Origin: Polyangiaceae bacterium
GTDB lineage: Bacteria; Myxococcota_A; Polyangia; Polyangiales; Polyangiaceae
Assembly: GCA_035063585.1 (NCBI GenBank)
Contig: JAPSGB010000003.1
Coordinates: forward strand, 128,001-192,000
DNA length: 64,000 bases
Direction: 5' to 3'
In this document: in pieces, positions 32,732-41,633 of the stretch
Layout: each line of letters opens with the position of its first letter
Numbering within the stretch: the first letter of the stretch is position 1
The notes under the pieces: generated by a model
What the model was told of the DNA's origin: nothing
Database searches by the model: none
Seen by the model: only the letters and a program-made list of their open reading frames with translations
Position numbers and translations under genes: made by a program

Positions 32732-35214
32732 AGCGCGCGCTCGCGGCGTCGCTCCTCGCGCTCGTCGCCGGCTGCTCGGGGCAGCGGCGGCCACCTCCCT
32801 CTCGGGCGATCGAGACGCCGCTCTCGGTGGAGCGACCCGCGGCGAGCGCGAGCGCCGCGGGCGCGGGCGCCGCAGGCGAGCCGCTCGCGCTCGACCGCTT
32901 CACGCCGCTGCTCGCGCGGCCGGGGCTCGAGCGCGCCGCAGCGCTGGTCGAGGCGGGGGAGCCCGCGGGCGCCGCGCGCGAGGTCGCGCGGGTGATCGCT
33001 GCGGCGCCGCCCGAGGCAGAGGACGTGCCGCGCTTCCAGATGCTACTCGGTAGCCTGCGCGAGCGCGCGAGCGATCTCACCGGCGCCTTCGCCTCCTACG
33101 AGCTCGCGGCCGAGGCGCGCTGGCCACTCGCGAGCTACGCGGTCTTCGGCGCGGCGCGCGTCGCGCTGCGCGCAGGCCGCACGGACGACGCCATCGAGCG
33201 GCTCGGTCGTGTCCCGAGCGGGCTGCCCATCGCGGGCGCAGTGCGTCGGCTCACCGCGGAGGCCGCGCTCGTGAAGGGCGACCGCGACCTCGCGATCTCG
33301 ACCTGGCGCGAGCACCTCGGCGGCGAGCTGCCCGCCGCCGAGCGTCGGCGTGTCTCGCTCTCGCTCGCCGAGGCGCTGCTCGCGCGCGCGACCGCGCCGC
33401 GCGCGGCCGCGCGGCCGTCCGGGCAAGCGCGGCCGTCCGGGTCAGCGCCGCCGGCGGCGCCAGCGCCGCCGGCCGCGCCGGCGCGACCCACCCCTCACGA
33501 GGAGCTGGTGGAGGCGCTCGGGCTCGCCCGACGCGTCGCGCTCGAGCTCACCGGCTCGGGGAGCGCCGACCAACCGCGCGCCGAGCAGCTCGAGACGCGC
33601 ATCTTGGGCGTGTTCCCCAAGGCCGAGCGAGCGCGGCTCGCGCCGCGCTCGCTGGAAGACGAGCTCGTTCGCGTGCAGGCGCTGCTCTCCGCGCACCAGG
33701 ATGATGGCGCGGAGAAGGCCGCTGACGAGGTGCTCGCCGGGCTCCCGCCCGCCGCGCGCAATCAGGGTCTCGCGTGCGAGCTCGAGCTCCTCCGCGCCAA
33801 GGCGCTCGCCATGAAGCGCGAGGCCGGACGCGCCGCCGACGCGCTCGGTGAGCACCTGTTGCGGTGTAAGGGGGACGGCGACCAGCGCGCGCGCGCGCTC
33901 TATCTCGCGGGCCGGTACGCCGCTCGAGACGGCCGGCACAGCCTCGCCATCCAGCGCTTCGAGGAGCTCGAGAAGGAGTTCCCGCGCCATCGGCTCGCCG
34001 ACGACGCCCGGCTCCTGTCCGCGATCAGCTACTTCGAGCTCGGCGTGGAGGCGCGCTTCACCGAGCTCTTGTCGAGCATGCCCGACGATTTCCCGGAAGG
34101 GGACATGGTGGTCGACGGCGTGTTTCGACTCGCGCTCCGGCGCATCGAGAAGGGAGACTGGCCCGGGGCGGCGAACCTGCTCGATCGCGCTGCGCGGCTC
34201 GTCGGACCGCGCGACAGCGTGCGCGGCGCCGATTTCTCGGGCCGCGAGCGATATTTTCGAGCGCGCGCGTGGATCGCGACCGGTGAGCGTGAACGCGGCA
34301 CCACCGAGCTTGCCGCGCTCGTGCGGGAGCTTCCGCTCTCCTATTACATGCTGCAAGCGTGGTCGCGCCTCCTCGAGCTCGAGCCCGACCTCGCTCGGCG
34401 GGTTCGCGCCGAGGCGATCGCGAGCTCGACGGACGAGCCGTTCCGCTTCGAGTACCGGCCGGAATTCGACACCCCGGGGTTCCAGCGCGCGATGGAGCTC
34501 CTGCGGCAGTCGGACCTCGAGGCCGCCAAGGCGGAGATCGATGCGCTCGGTGTCGCCAAGCGGGGCGCCGATCCGGCGCTGCTCTGGGGGCTCGCGCTCC
34601 TCTACTCGCGCGCGGGCTCCGCCGAGCTGTCGCACCACGTGACGCGCGGGCTCCTCTCCGACTGGCCGCAGCGTTGGCCCGCGGGCGACTGGGTGAAGGC
34701 CTGGCAGCTCGCCTATCCCCGGCCGTATCACGCGGTCGTGGAAGGCGAGGCAAAGAAGAACGGGGTCTCCGAGGCCTTGATCTACGCGATCATGCGCGAG
34801 GAGTCGGCCTTCGATCCGCGCGCGGAGAGCCCGGCGGAGGCGTACGGGCTGATGCAGCTCGTCGTGCCGACCGCGAAGCTCTACGCGAAGGGCCTCCCGG
34901 TGAGCCCGAGCGCCTTGAAGACGCCCGTGATCTCGATCACGCTCGGCGCGCGCGCGCTCGCCAAGCTCGCGGGCACCTTCGAGAATAACCCGCTCCTCGC
35001 CATCCCTGCCTATAACGCGGGGCCCGGTCGTCCGCGGAGGTGGGCGCGGGGCCGCCCGAACGCCGAGTTCGACGTCTGGGTCGAGCTCATCCCGTTCCGC
35101 GAGACGCGCCGCTACACGAAGCGCGTGCTCTCGAGCCGCGCCGCGTACACCATGCTCTACGACCCGGACCACGCGGAGGCGGCGCTCGAGCTCCCGCTCG
35201 TCCTCGCGCCATGA
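32728..35214 (+). CDS. Soluble lytic transglycosylase (Slt70-like) lipoprotein with TPR repeats
   Basis: Lipobox LVAGC, TPR-like helices, SLT motifs 'AIMREESAF', 'AYGLMQL', 'AYNAGPG', 'IPFRETRRYTKRV'. Confidence 0.92.
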   Translation: MKRALAASLLALVAGCSGQRRPPPSRAIETPLSVERPAASASAAGAGAAGEPLALDRFTPLLARPGLERAAALVEAGEPAGAAREVARVIAAAPPEAEDVPRFQMLLGSLRERASDLTGAFASYELAAEARWPLASYAVFGAARVALRAGRTDDAIERLGRVPSGLPIAGAVRRLTAEAALVKGDRDLAISTWREHLGGELPAAERRRVSLSLAEALLARATAPRAAARPSGQARPSGSAPPAAPAPPAAPARPTPHEELVEALGLARRVALELTGSGSADQPRAEQLETRILGVFPKAERARLAPRSLEDELVRVQALLSAHQDDGAEKAADEVLAGLPPAARNQGLACELELLRAKALAMKREAGRAADALGEHLLRCKGDGDQRARALYLAGRYAARDGRHSLAIQRFEELEKEFPRHRLADDARLLSAISYFELGVEARFTELLSSMPDDFPEGDMVVDGVFRLALRRIEKGDWPGAANLLDRAARLVGPRDSVRGADFSGRERYFRARAWIATGERERGTTELAALVRELPLSYYMLQAWSRLLELEPDLARRVRAEAIASSTDEPFRFEYRPEFDTPGFQRAMELLRQSDLEAAKAEIDALGVAKRGADPALLWGLALLYSRAGSAELSHHVTRGLLSDWPQRWPAGDWVKAWQLAYPRPYHAVVEGEAKKNGVSEALIYAIMREESAFDPRAESPAEAYGLMQLVVPTAKLYAKGLPVSPSALKTPVISITLGARALAKLAGTFENNPLLAIPAYNAGPGRPRRWARGRPNAEFDVWVELIPFRETRRYTKRVLSSRAAYTMLYDPDHAEAALELPLVLAP

Positions 35215-35284
35215 GGTGCCGCGGGCCCGGGCGCGCGCCGGGTGCCTTTACGTCGCGGCCGGCGCCGCTTAACGTGGAGTCTCG

Positions 35285-35686
35285 ATGACCCACGACGAGC
35301 GAGTCGAGAAGAGCGAGGCCGAGTGGCAGCGCGAGCTCTCGCCGGAAGTCTACGCGGTGACTCGGCTGAAGGGGACCGAGCGGCCCTTCAGCGGAAAATA
35401 CTACCGTCACCACGAGGCCGGCACTTACACCTGCGCCTGCTGCGGCGCGCCGCTCTTCAGCTCACAGGCGAAGTATGAGTCCGAGTGCGGCTGGCCGAGC
35501 TTCACCGCGCCCTCCGGCGATGAGCGCGTCGCGCTCGCGCCGGACACCTCGCACGGCATGGTCCGCACCGAGGTCACCTGCCGGCGCTGCGGCGCGCACC
35601 TCGGCCACCTCTTCGATGACGGCCCGCCGCCGAGCGGCGCGCGCTACTGCATCAACTCGGCGTCGCTCGGGTTCGTGGACGACTGA
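35285..35686 (+). CDS. msrB: Peptide-methionine (R)-S-oxide reductase
   Basis: 'GTERPFSG', Zn-binding CACC/CRRC, 'CGWPSF', 'HLGHLFDDGP', 'RYCINS'. Confidence 0.97.
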   Translation: MTHDERVEKSEAEWQRELSPEVYAVTRLKGTERPFSGKYYRHHEAGTYTCACCGAPLFSSQAKYESECGWPSFTAPSGDERVALAPDTSHGMVRTEVTCRRCGAHLGHLFDDGPPPSGARYCINSASLGFVDD

Positions 35687-35693
35687 GCCGCGC

Positions 35694-36422
35694 ATGGGCC
35701 TGCCGTCGAACCCAATCCCCGTCTCACGCGTGATCCTCCGCACGCTCGGCGGGAGCGCGGCGGTGCTCGCCGCGGCCGCCACCGGGCGCCTCGATCGCGC
35801 GGCGGCCACGCGCCACATCGACGACTGGTCGCGCGCGCTCGTCGAGCTCGCGGAGCTCGAGCTCGTGGTGCGCGGGCGGGAGCACCTGCCGCCCGCGAGT
35901 GAGCCGCTGGTCGTGATGAGCAACCACCAGTCGCATTTCGACATCGTGTGCCTGTTCCAGGCGCTCGAGCGGCCCCTGCGGATGATCGCCAAGAGCGAGC
36001 TCTTTCGGCTCCCGGTGTTCGGGCGCGCGCTCCGCGCCGCCGAGTTCGTCGAGCTCGATCGCGGCAACCACGCGCGCGCGCTCGCCAGCCTCCAGGCGGC
36101 GACGCAGAAGCTCAGGAGCGGCCTCAGCGTGTGGATCGCCCCCGAGGGGACGCGGAGCGAGACGGGGCGCGTGGGCGCGTTCAAGAAGGGTGGTTTTCAC
36201 CTCGCGCTCGAGACGGGCGTGCGGATCCTACCGGTCGCCATCGAGGGCACCCGGCGCGTGCTCCCCGCTCGCTCGTTCTCGCTCACGCGCGGGCTCCCGG
36301 TCGAGATCGGCTTCGCGCCGCCCGTCGATCCGGCTGAGTTTGGCGCCGCGCGGCGCGACGAGCTCATCTACGCGGTGCGAAGCGCGATCGTCGCTCGGCT
36401 CCCCGAGGAGCTTCGCGGGTGA
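35694..36422 (+). CDS. plsC: 1-acyl-sn-glycerol-3-phosphate acyltransferase
   Basis: 'SNHQSHFD', 'AKSELF', 'APEGTRS', 'FKKGGFHLA', 'ILPVAI'. Confidence 0.9.
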   Translation: MGLPSNPIPVSRVILRTLGGSAAVLAAAATGRLDRAAATRHIDDWSRALVELAELELVVRGREHLPPASEPLVVMSNHQSHFDIVCLFQALERPLRMIAKSELFRLPVFGRALRAAEFVELDRGNHARALASLQAATQKLRSGLSVWIAPEGTRSETGRVGAFKKGGFHLALETGVRILPVAIEGTRRVLPARSFSLTRGLPVEIGFAPPVDPAEFGAARRDELIYAVRSAIVARLPEELRG

Positions 36423-37498
36423 GGCGCGCTCGGGCGCTCCTCGGCGCGCTCACGCTCGCGCTCGCGGGCACCGCGGCGTCTTGCGCGCCGCCAGCAGCGC
36501 CGCCCGAGCCGGCCGCGCGTCCTCGAACCCCGCGAGCGCCAGCGACGGCCGCGCGCGCGGCAACCCCGGCGCCGAGCGCGCCGTCGGCGAGCGGCGCGCC
36601 GTCGGCGAGCGGCCCGTCGTCGGCGAGCGCGGAGCCCGCGCCGGCGTCGCCGAGGTTCCCTCCGGCGGCCGTCACGCCGCCGAACGAGCGCACCGCCGCC
36701 CCGGGTGACGGCGCGTGGAGCGAGCTCGCGCCGGGCCTCGCCAAGACGCTAGTCCACCCGCACGCCTTCAAGAAGCATGTGGTGGTCACCGTGGTCGCGA
36801 TGGAGCTCGCGCGGCTCGAGGTCCACCTGGCGGCGGGGACGCTCGAACCGGAGGCGAAGGGCGTCCCGGCGGAGCGCCGGACCGGGCTGGTGCCGGCCGA
36901 CCAGCGCGCGCGGCTCGTCGCGGTGTTCAACGGCGGCTTCAAGGAGCGCCACGGCGGCTTCGGGATGCGCCTCGGGGACGACGACTTCACGCCGCCGAAG
37001 CCCGCCGCCTGCACGGTCGTGCTCACGAAGGACTCGCGCGTGGCCATCGGGACCTGGGAGCGCGTGGCCGAGCGCGCTCGCGAGAGCGCGGGCTGGCGGC
37101 AGACGCCGCCCTGCCTCATCGAGGACGGAGCGCCGCACCCCGACTTGAAGAGCGAGTACAAGAGCCGAAAGTGGGGCATGAGCGCCGAGGGAAAGACGGA
37201 CATCCGGCGCTCGGCGCTCGCGGTCGACGAGTCCGGCGGCGTGCTCTATTTCGCGCTCGGCGAGTGGCTGACGGCGCCCGAGCTCGCGCGCGGGCTCCTC
37301 GCGCTCGGCGTGCGTGACGCGGCCGAGCTCGACGTCAATTACTCGTATACGCGCTTTCTCACCTACCCCGCGGATGGCGGCGCGCCGGTGGGGCTCGTCA
37401 AGGACGTGAAGCACGCGCGCGGCGAGTACACCGACAGGCCGTCGGCTCGAGACTTCTTCTACGTGCTCACGGCCGAGCGCTCGCCACGAGGGCGTTGA
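36419..37498 (+). CDS. Lipoprotein with phosphodiester glycosidase (NAGPA-like) domain
   Basis: Lipobox TAASC, Pro/Ala linker, 'FNGGF', 'RRSALAV', 'AAELDVN', 'ARDFFYV'. Confidence 0.65.
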   Translation: MRRARALLGALTLALAGTAASCAPPAAPPEPAARPRTPRAPATAARAATPAPSAPSASGAPSASGPSSASAEPAPASPRFPPAAVTPPNERTAAPGDGAWSELAPGLAKTLVHPHAFKKHVVVTVVAMELARLEVHLAAGTLEPEAKGVPAERRTGLVPADQRARLVAVFNGGFKERHGGFGMRLGDDDFTPPKPAACTVVLTKDSRVAIGTWERVAERARESAGWRQTPPCLIEDGAPHPDLKSEYKSRKWGMSAEGKTDIRRSALAVDESGGVLYFALGEWLTAPELARGLLALGVRDAAELDVNYSYTRFLTYPADGGAPVGLVKDVKHARGEYTDRPSARDFFYVLTAERSPRGR

Positions 37499-38399
37499 TG
37501 GTGGCGCGGTGCGCGATGACCTCATGGCGCTCTCCGCCGATGCGAAGCCGCATCGCGGTCGAGAATCCGCCGTCGAGGTTCAGCGCGTAGCGCGCGCCGA
37601 GCTCGCCGGCCAGCCACTCGGCGAACTCGAGGAGCGTGGGGCCGGTCGAGGTCGAGGCGGGCGTGAGCCGAATGACCGTGTCGGAGGTCGGGAAGGCCGC
37701 TCGCGCGTCGAACGCGATGACCAGCAGCACCGCGCCGTCGGCGGTGATGGCGAGCGCCGAGCGCGCGTCACGCGGCAGATCGGGGCGCGGCCGCACCAGC
37801 ACCTCGCCCGCGTCCACCAGCCGGTCGATGCTCTGGAGGGCGACCGAGGGCGAGCGCGCCTGGTAGTCGTCACGGTGGACCACGAACGGCACGCCGGCCT
37901 CGACGCCGAACACCCCCGAGCCGCCGCGCGGGGAGAGCGGCGCGAGCTCCTTGCCGCCCGCGAGCACGAGGCCCATCGGTCGATTCTGCTCGTAGAAGCC
38001 GCCGTTGATACTGGCGAAGTCCCCGGCGGGCTCGTGCGCGGCGGTGATGCGCGCGAGCGGGCGCGGCCTCGGCGCGGGGATGAGCTCGAACCGCGTCTTC
38101 GCGGGGAGCGCGCGCGCCACCCACAGCTGCCCGTGGGTCTCCCGGGCAGCGTAACGATAGAGCGTCGCGCCGAGCGCGTCGCCGGGCGCGCCGAGCGCAC
38201 GCTCGACGCTCAGGGCCACCCCCGCGTCGGGCCTCGCGGGCGCGCTCGCGAGCGGTGGCGCCGCCCGGGCCAGCCGAGGGGCGCTCGCCGCGCTCGAGGC
38301 CGCGCGCTGGCTGCCGCTCGCGGGCGAGAGGCGCGGCTCGCGTGAGCACGCCGCGACCGCGAGGAGAGCCAAAATGACCCGCGGTGACCGTCCGCCCAT
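37467..38399 (-). CDS. Lipoprotein, phosphodiester glycosidase (NAGPA) family
   Basis: Lipobox VAAC, 'INGGFY', 'ARSALAI', 'ALNLDGGFSTAM'. Confidence 0.8.
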   Translation of the reverse strand: MGGRSPRVILALLAVAACSREPRLSPASGSQRAASSAASAPRLARAAPPLASAPARPDAGVALSVERALGAPGDALGATLYRYAARETHGQLWVARALPAKTRFELIPAPRPRPLARITAAHEPAGDFASINGGFYEQNRPMGLVLAGGKELAPLSPRGGSGVFGVEAGVPFVVHRDDYQARSPSVALQSIDRLVDAGEVLVRPRPDLPRDARSALAITADGAVLLVIAFDARAAFPTSDTVIRLTPASTSTGPTLLEFAEWLAGELGARYALNLDGGFSTAMRLRIGGERHEVIAHRATINALVASARP

Positions 38400-38454
38400 G
38401 CGGGGCTCGTAGCACGTCTTGCGCCGCGCCGAGGGTGCGGTTACGGCCCGGAGC

Positions 38455-40413
38455 ATGTCCGACGACGGCTCCGCCGAACCGACCGCCGAAGAGGCTCGAG
38501 AGTCCGAAATCGCGGCGCTCGCGGAGCACGGCCACACCGACGTCGAGATCCAGTGGCTCGAGAACGTGTATCAGGGCGACGACGTCCCGCAGCTCACGCT
38601 CCGCGCGGTCGTGATGGGCCTCGTGCTCGGCTCGTTCATGGCCTTCTCGAACCTCTACGTCGGGCTGAAGACGGGCTGGGGGCTCGGGGTCGCCATCACG
38701 GCGTGCATCATGAGCTGGGCCATCTTCAAGGGGCTCCGGCCGATCTTGAAGACCGAGCCCACCATCCTCGAGAACAACTGCATGCAGTCGACGGCGTCGG
38801 CCGCCGGCTACTCGACGGCCTCCACGCTGGTGAGCGCGTTCAGCGCTTATCTCATGATCACCAAGCATCACCTGCCGATGCTGCTCGTCATGGGGCTCGT
38901 GTTCTTTCTCGCCATGCTCGGCGTCTTCATGGCGGTGCCCATGAAGCGCAACATGGTGAACATCGAGCAGCTCCCGTTCCCCTCCGGCACCGCCGCAGCC
39001 GAGACGCTCCGCTCGCTCTTCACCGAGGGCAGCGAGGCGATGAAGAAGGCGCGCGCGCTCTTCTGGGGCATGGGTATCGGTGGCGTGCTCGCGTTCCTGC
39101 GGGACGGGATGGCCGACCTCACCGAGCGCCTCAAGCTGGGCGCCTGGGCGTCCTATCTCACCGTTCCTGCCTTCTTGCCGATCGACAAGTGGCTGAAGAA
39201 GCTCGGCTGGGATCGCGCCGCGACCGTGGTGTCGCCGGGCGGCTACACCTTCTCGCTCGAAATGAGCCTCATCCTGGTCGCGGCCGGCGCGATCATGGGG
39301 ATCCGCGTGGGCGCCTCGATGCTGGTCGGCGCCGTCCTCTGCTACGGGGTGCTCGCGCCCATCATGCACCACCTCCCGGCGGCCTCCGGGCACGGGGTGG
39401 TCATCGAGGTGCTCGGCTACCGCGGCATCGTGAGCTGGAGCGTCTGGGGCGGCGTCTCGCTCATGACCACCGCCGCGCTCCTCAACTTCGGGCTCCAGTG
39501 GCGCACGCTGGTGCGCGCGTTCTCCGGGCTCGGTCGCATCTTCTCGAAGGACGAGCCGGGCGCCACGGTGGACCCCATGGCGCGTATCGAGGTGCCGACC
39601 AAGTGGTTCGTGGTGGGCGGCTCGCTCGCCGCCATCGGCGCGGTCGCCATCAACCGCTGGGCGTTCGAGATCCCGGTGTGGCTCGGGGTCCTCGCGGTGC
39701 TCATCAGCGCGATCCTCGCGATCGTGGCGTGCCGCGCCACCGGCGAGACCGACACCACCCCCATCGGCGCGCTCGGCAAGATCACGCAGCTCACCTACGG
39801 CGTGCTCATCCCGCAGAACATCACTGCCAACCTGATGACGGCGAACGTCACCTCGTCGATTGCGGCGTCGAGCGCCGATCTCCTCACCGATCTCAAGAGC
39901 GGCTACCTCCTCGGCGCCAACCCACGCAAGCAGTTCCTCGCGCAGTTCTTCGGGGTGTTCGCCGGCACGCTGGTGGCGGTGCCCGGCTTCTACCTGCTCG
40001 TCCCCGACGCGAGCGTGCTCGGCGGCGACAAGTTTCCGGCGCCCGCAGCGCAGGTGTGGAAGGCCGTCGCCGAGCTGCTCGGCGAGGGCGTGCACGCGCT
40101 CGACCCGACCGCGCTCTGGGCGATGGCCATCGGCGGCGCGGCCGGCATCGTCATCACCCTCCTCGAGCGGAGTCTTCCGAAGCACCGTCATCTCATCCCG
40201 TCGCCCACCGGCCTCGGGCTCGCCTTCGTCATTCCTGCGTGGAATTCGATCAGCATGTTCGTGGGCGCGCTCATCGCGTGGCGCTTCGCTAGAAAGCGCG
40301 CCGAGGCGGCCGAGACCTACACCATTCCGGTCGCCTCCGGGCTCATCGCCGGCGAGAGCATCATGGGGGTCGCGATCGCGGTCATCAGCGTCGTGAGCGG
40401 CCTGGTGGATTAG
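38455..40413 (+). CDS. OPT family oligopeptide/metal-chelate transporter
   Basis: 'QLTLRAV', 'YVGLKTG', 'ILENNCMQSTASA', 'LPFPSGTAAAE', 'DLKSGYLLGANPRKQ', 'ASGLIAGES'. Confidence 0.93.
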   Translation: MSDDGSAEPTAEEARESEIAALAEHGHTDVEIQWLENVYQGDDVPQLTLRAVVMGLVLGSFMAFSNLYVGLKTGWGLGVAITACIMSWAIFKGLRPILKTEPTILENNCMQSTASAAGYSTASTLVSAFSAYLMITKHHLPMLLVMGLVFFLAMLGVFMAVPMKRNMVNIEQLPFPSGTAAAETLRSLFTEGSEAMKKARALFWGMGIGGVLAFLRDGMADLTERLKLGAWASYLTVPAFLPIDKWLKKLGWDRAATVVSPGGYTFSLEMSLILVAAGAIMGIRVGASMLVGAVLCYGVLAPIMHHLPAASGHGVVIEVLGYRGIVSWSVWGGVSLMTTAALLNFGLQWRTLVRAFSGLGRIFSKDEPGATVDPMARIEVPTKWFVVGGSLAAIGAVAINRWAFEIPVWLGVLAVLISAILAIVACRATGETDTTPIGALGKITQLTYGVLIPQNITANLMTANVTSSIAASSADLLTDLKSGYLLGANPRKQFLAQFFGVFAGTLVAVPGFYLLVPDASVLGGDKFPAPAAQVWKAVAELLGEGVHALDPTALWAMAIGGAAGIVITLLERSLPKHRHLIPSPTGLGLAFVIPAWNSISMFVGALIAWRFARKRAEAAETYTIPVASGLIAGESIMGVAIAVISVVSGLVD

Positions 40414-40641
40414 TTCATATCTTGTCGAGGCCGCTCACCCGAGAGCGTGGCTGCCGGTTCGGCGCGGTGGGCTCGCGGCCGCCGTCGTCGGCGCCGTCAC
40501 CGCCCTCGACCCCGGGCCGCGGCCCCTGTCACGGTCCTCTCACGGAGGCGAGCGAGCATGTCTCGGGAAATCTCGAGCCCAGGCGCTCGGGTGACGCGCC
40601 GGCTGTCGCGGCCCGCGCCGGGTGAGGTAGCTTCTCGAGCC

Positions 40642-41484
40642 ATGGGACTCCTCGACGGAAAGGTCTCGGTCATCACGGGCGCCGGCAACGGCATCGGGCG
40701 CGCGACCGCGCTGCTCTTCGCGCGCGAGGGGGCAGCGGTGGTCGTGAACGACGTGGGCGGGCCCCGCGACGGCAGCCAGACGGATCCGGCGCCCGCCGAT
40801 GCGGTCGCGCGCGAGATCGTGGAGTCGGGCGGGCGCGCCGTCGCGAGCCACGACTCGGTGGCGACGCCGGAGGGCGCGGGCAAGATCATGGAGCGCGCGC
40901 TGGAGGCCTTCGGTCGCCTCGACGTGCTCGTCAACAACGCCGGCATCTTGCGCGACAAGACGCTGCTCAAGATGGACCGGGAGCTATGGGACGCGGTGCT
41001 CGACGTCCACCTCACCGGCACCTTCCTCTGCATCCAGGCGGCGGTCCCGCACCTCCGGAGCTCGGGGGGCGGAAGGATCGTCAACACTACCAGCGTGTCG
41101 GGCCTGCTCGGCAACTTCGGCCAGGCGAACTACTCGGCGGCCAAGGCGGGCATCTACGGGCTCACTCGCACCGCGTCCATCGAGCTCCAGCGATACGGGA
41201 TCACGGTGAACGCGGTGGCGCCCATCGCCAAGACGCGGATGACCGAGGATCTTCCCATGTTCGAGAAGCTCTCGACGCTCACGCCGGAGCACGTGGCGCC
41301 CGCGCACCTCTTCTTCGCGAGCGGGCTCTGCGGCGAGCGCTCCGGCGAGGTGCTGAGCGTCGCGGGCGGAAAGATGAGCATCTACAAGGTGGTGGAGAGC
41401 CTCGGCCGCTTCAAAGAGGGCGACCACGGGGTGTGGACGGCCGCCGAGATCGCGGAGCACTGGGCCGCCATCAGCCGGCTCTAG
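40642..41484 (+). CDS. Short-chain dehydrogenase/reductase (3-hydroxyacyl-CoA dehydrogenase/FabG-like)
   Basis: 'TGAGNGIG', 'NNAGILRD', 'GNFGQANYSAAK'. Confidence 0.93.
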   Translation: MGLLDGKVSVITGAGNGIGRATALLFAREGAAVVVNDVGGPRDGSQTDPAPADAVAREIVESGGRAVASHDSVATPEGAGKIMERALEAFGRLDVLVNNAGILRDKTLLKMDRELWDAVLDVHLTGTFLCIQAAVPHLRSSGGGRIVNTTSVSGLLGNFGQANYSAAKAGIYGLTRTASIELQRYGITVNAVAPIAKTRMTEDLPMFEKLSTLTPEHVAPAHLFFASGLCGERSGEVLSVAGGKMSIYKVVESLGRFKEGDHGVWTAAEIAEHWAAISRL

Positions 41485-41561
41485 CCCGGCGCGCGACGGG
41501 TCGGGCGGCCCGCGCCAGGTTCCGCGCCGGACCGACATCCCCCCGGCGCGGCCCCGGCCGA

Positions 41562-41590
41562 TTGCTGCCCCGGGGGGCGGGTGTTAGCTT
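41562..41590 (+). promoter_or_regulatory. Candidate sigma70 promoter for the TonB-like gene
   Basis: TTGCTG-N17-TAGCTT with extended -10 TG, 43 bp before the ATG at 41634. Confidence 0.45.
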
Positions 41591-41633
41591 TTTCGAGCGC
41601 GTCCCGCGCCCGGGGGGCTGCGTGAAGCTCGGC

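Noticed and set aside
30651..33080. ORF-track N-terminal extensions (809-aa call here, and similarly 3982-5775, 8783-10639, 40986-43427, 53568-55022)
   Set aside because: The extensions overlap real neighbouring genes and precede clear signal peptides or lipoboxes; starts were trimmed.
35285..35686. Possible selenocysteine MsrB
   Set aside because: The catalytic position is an ordinary TGC Cys in RYCINS, with no in-frame TGA.
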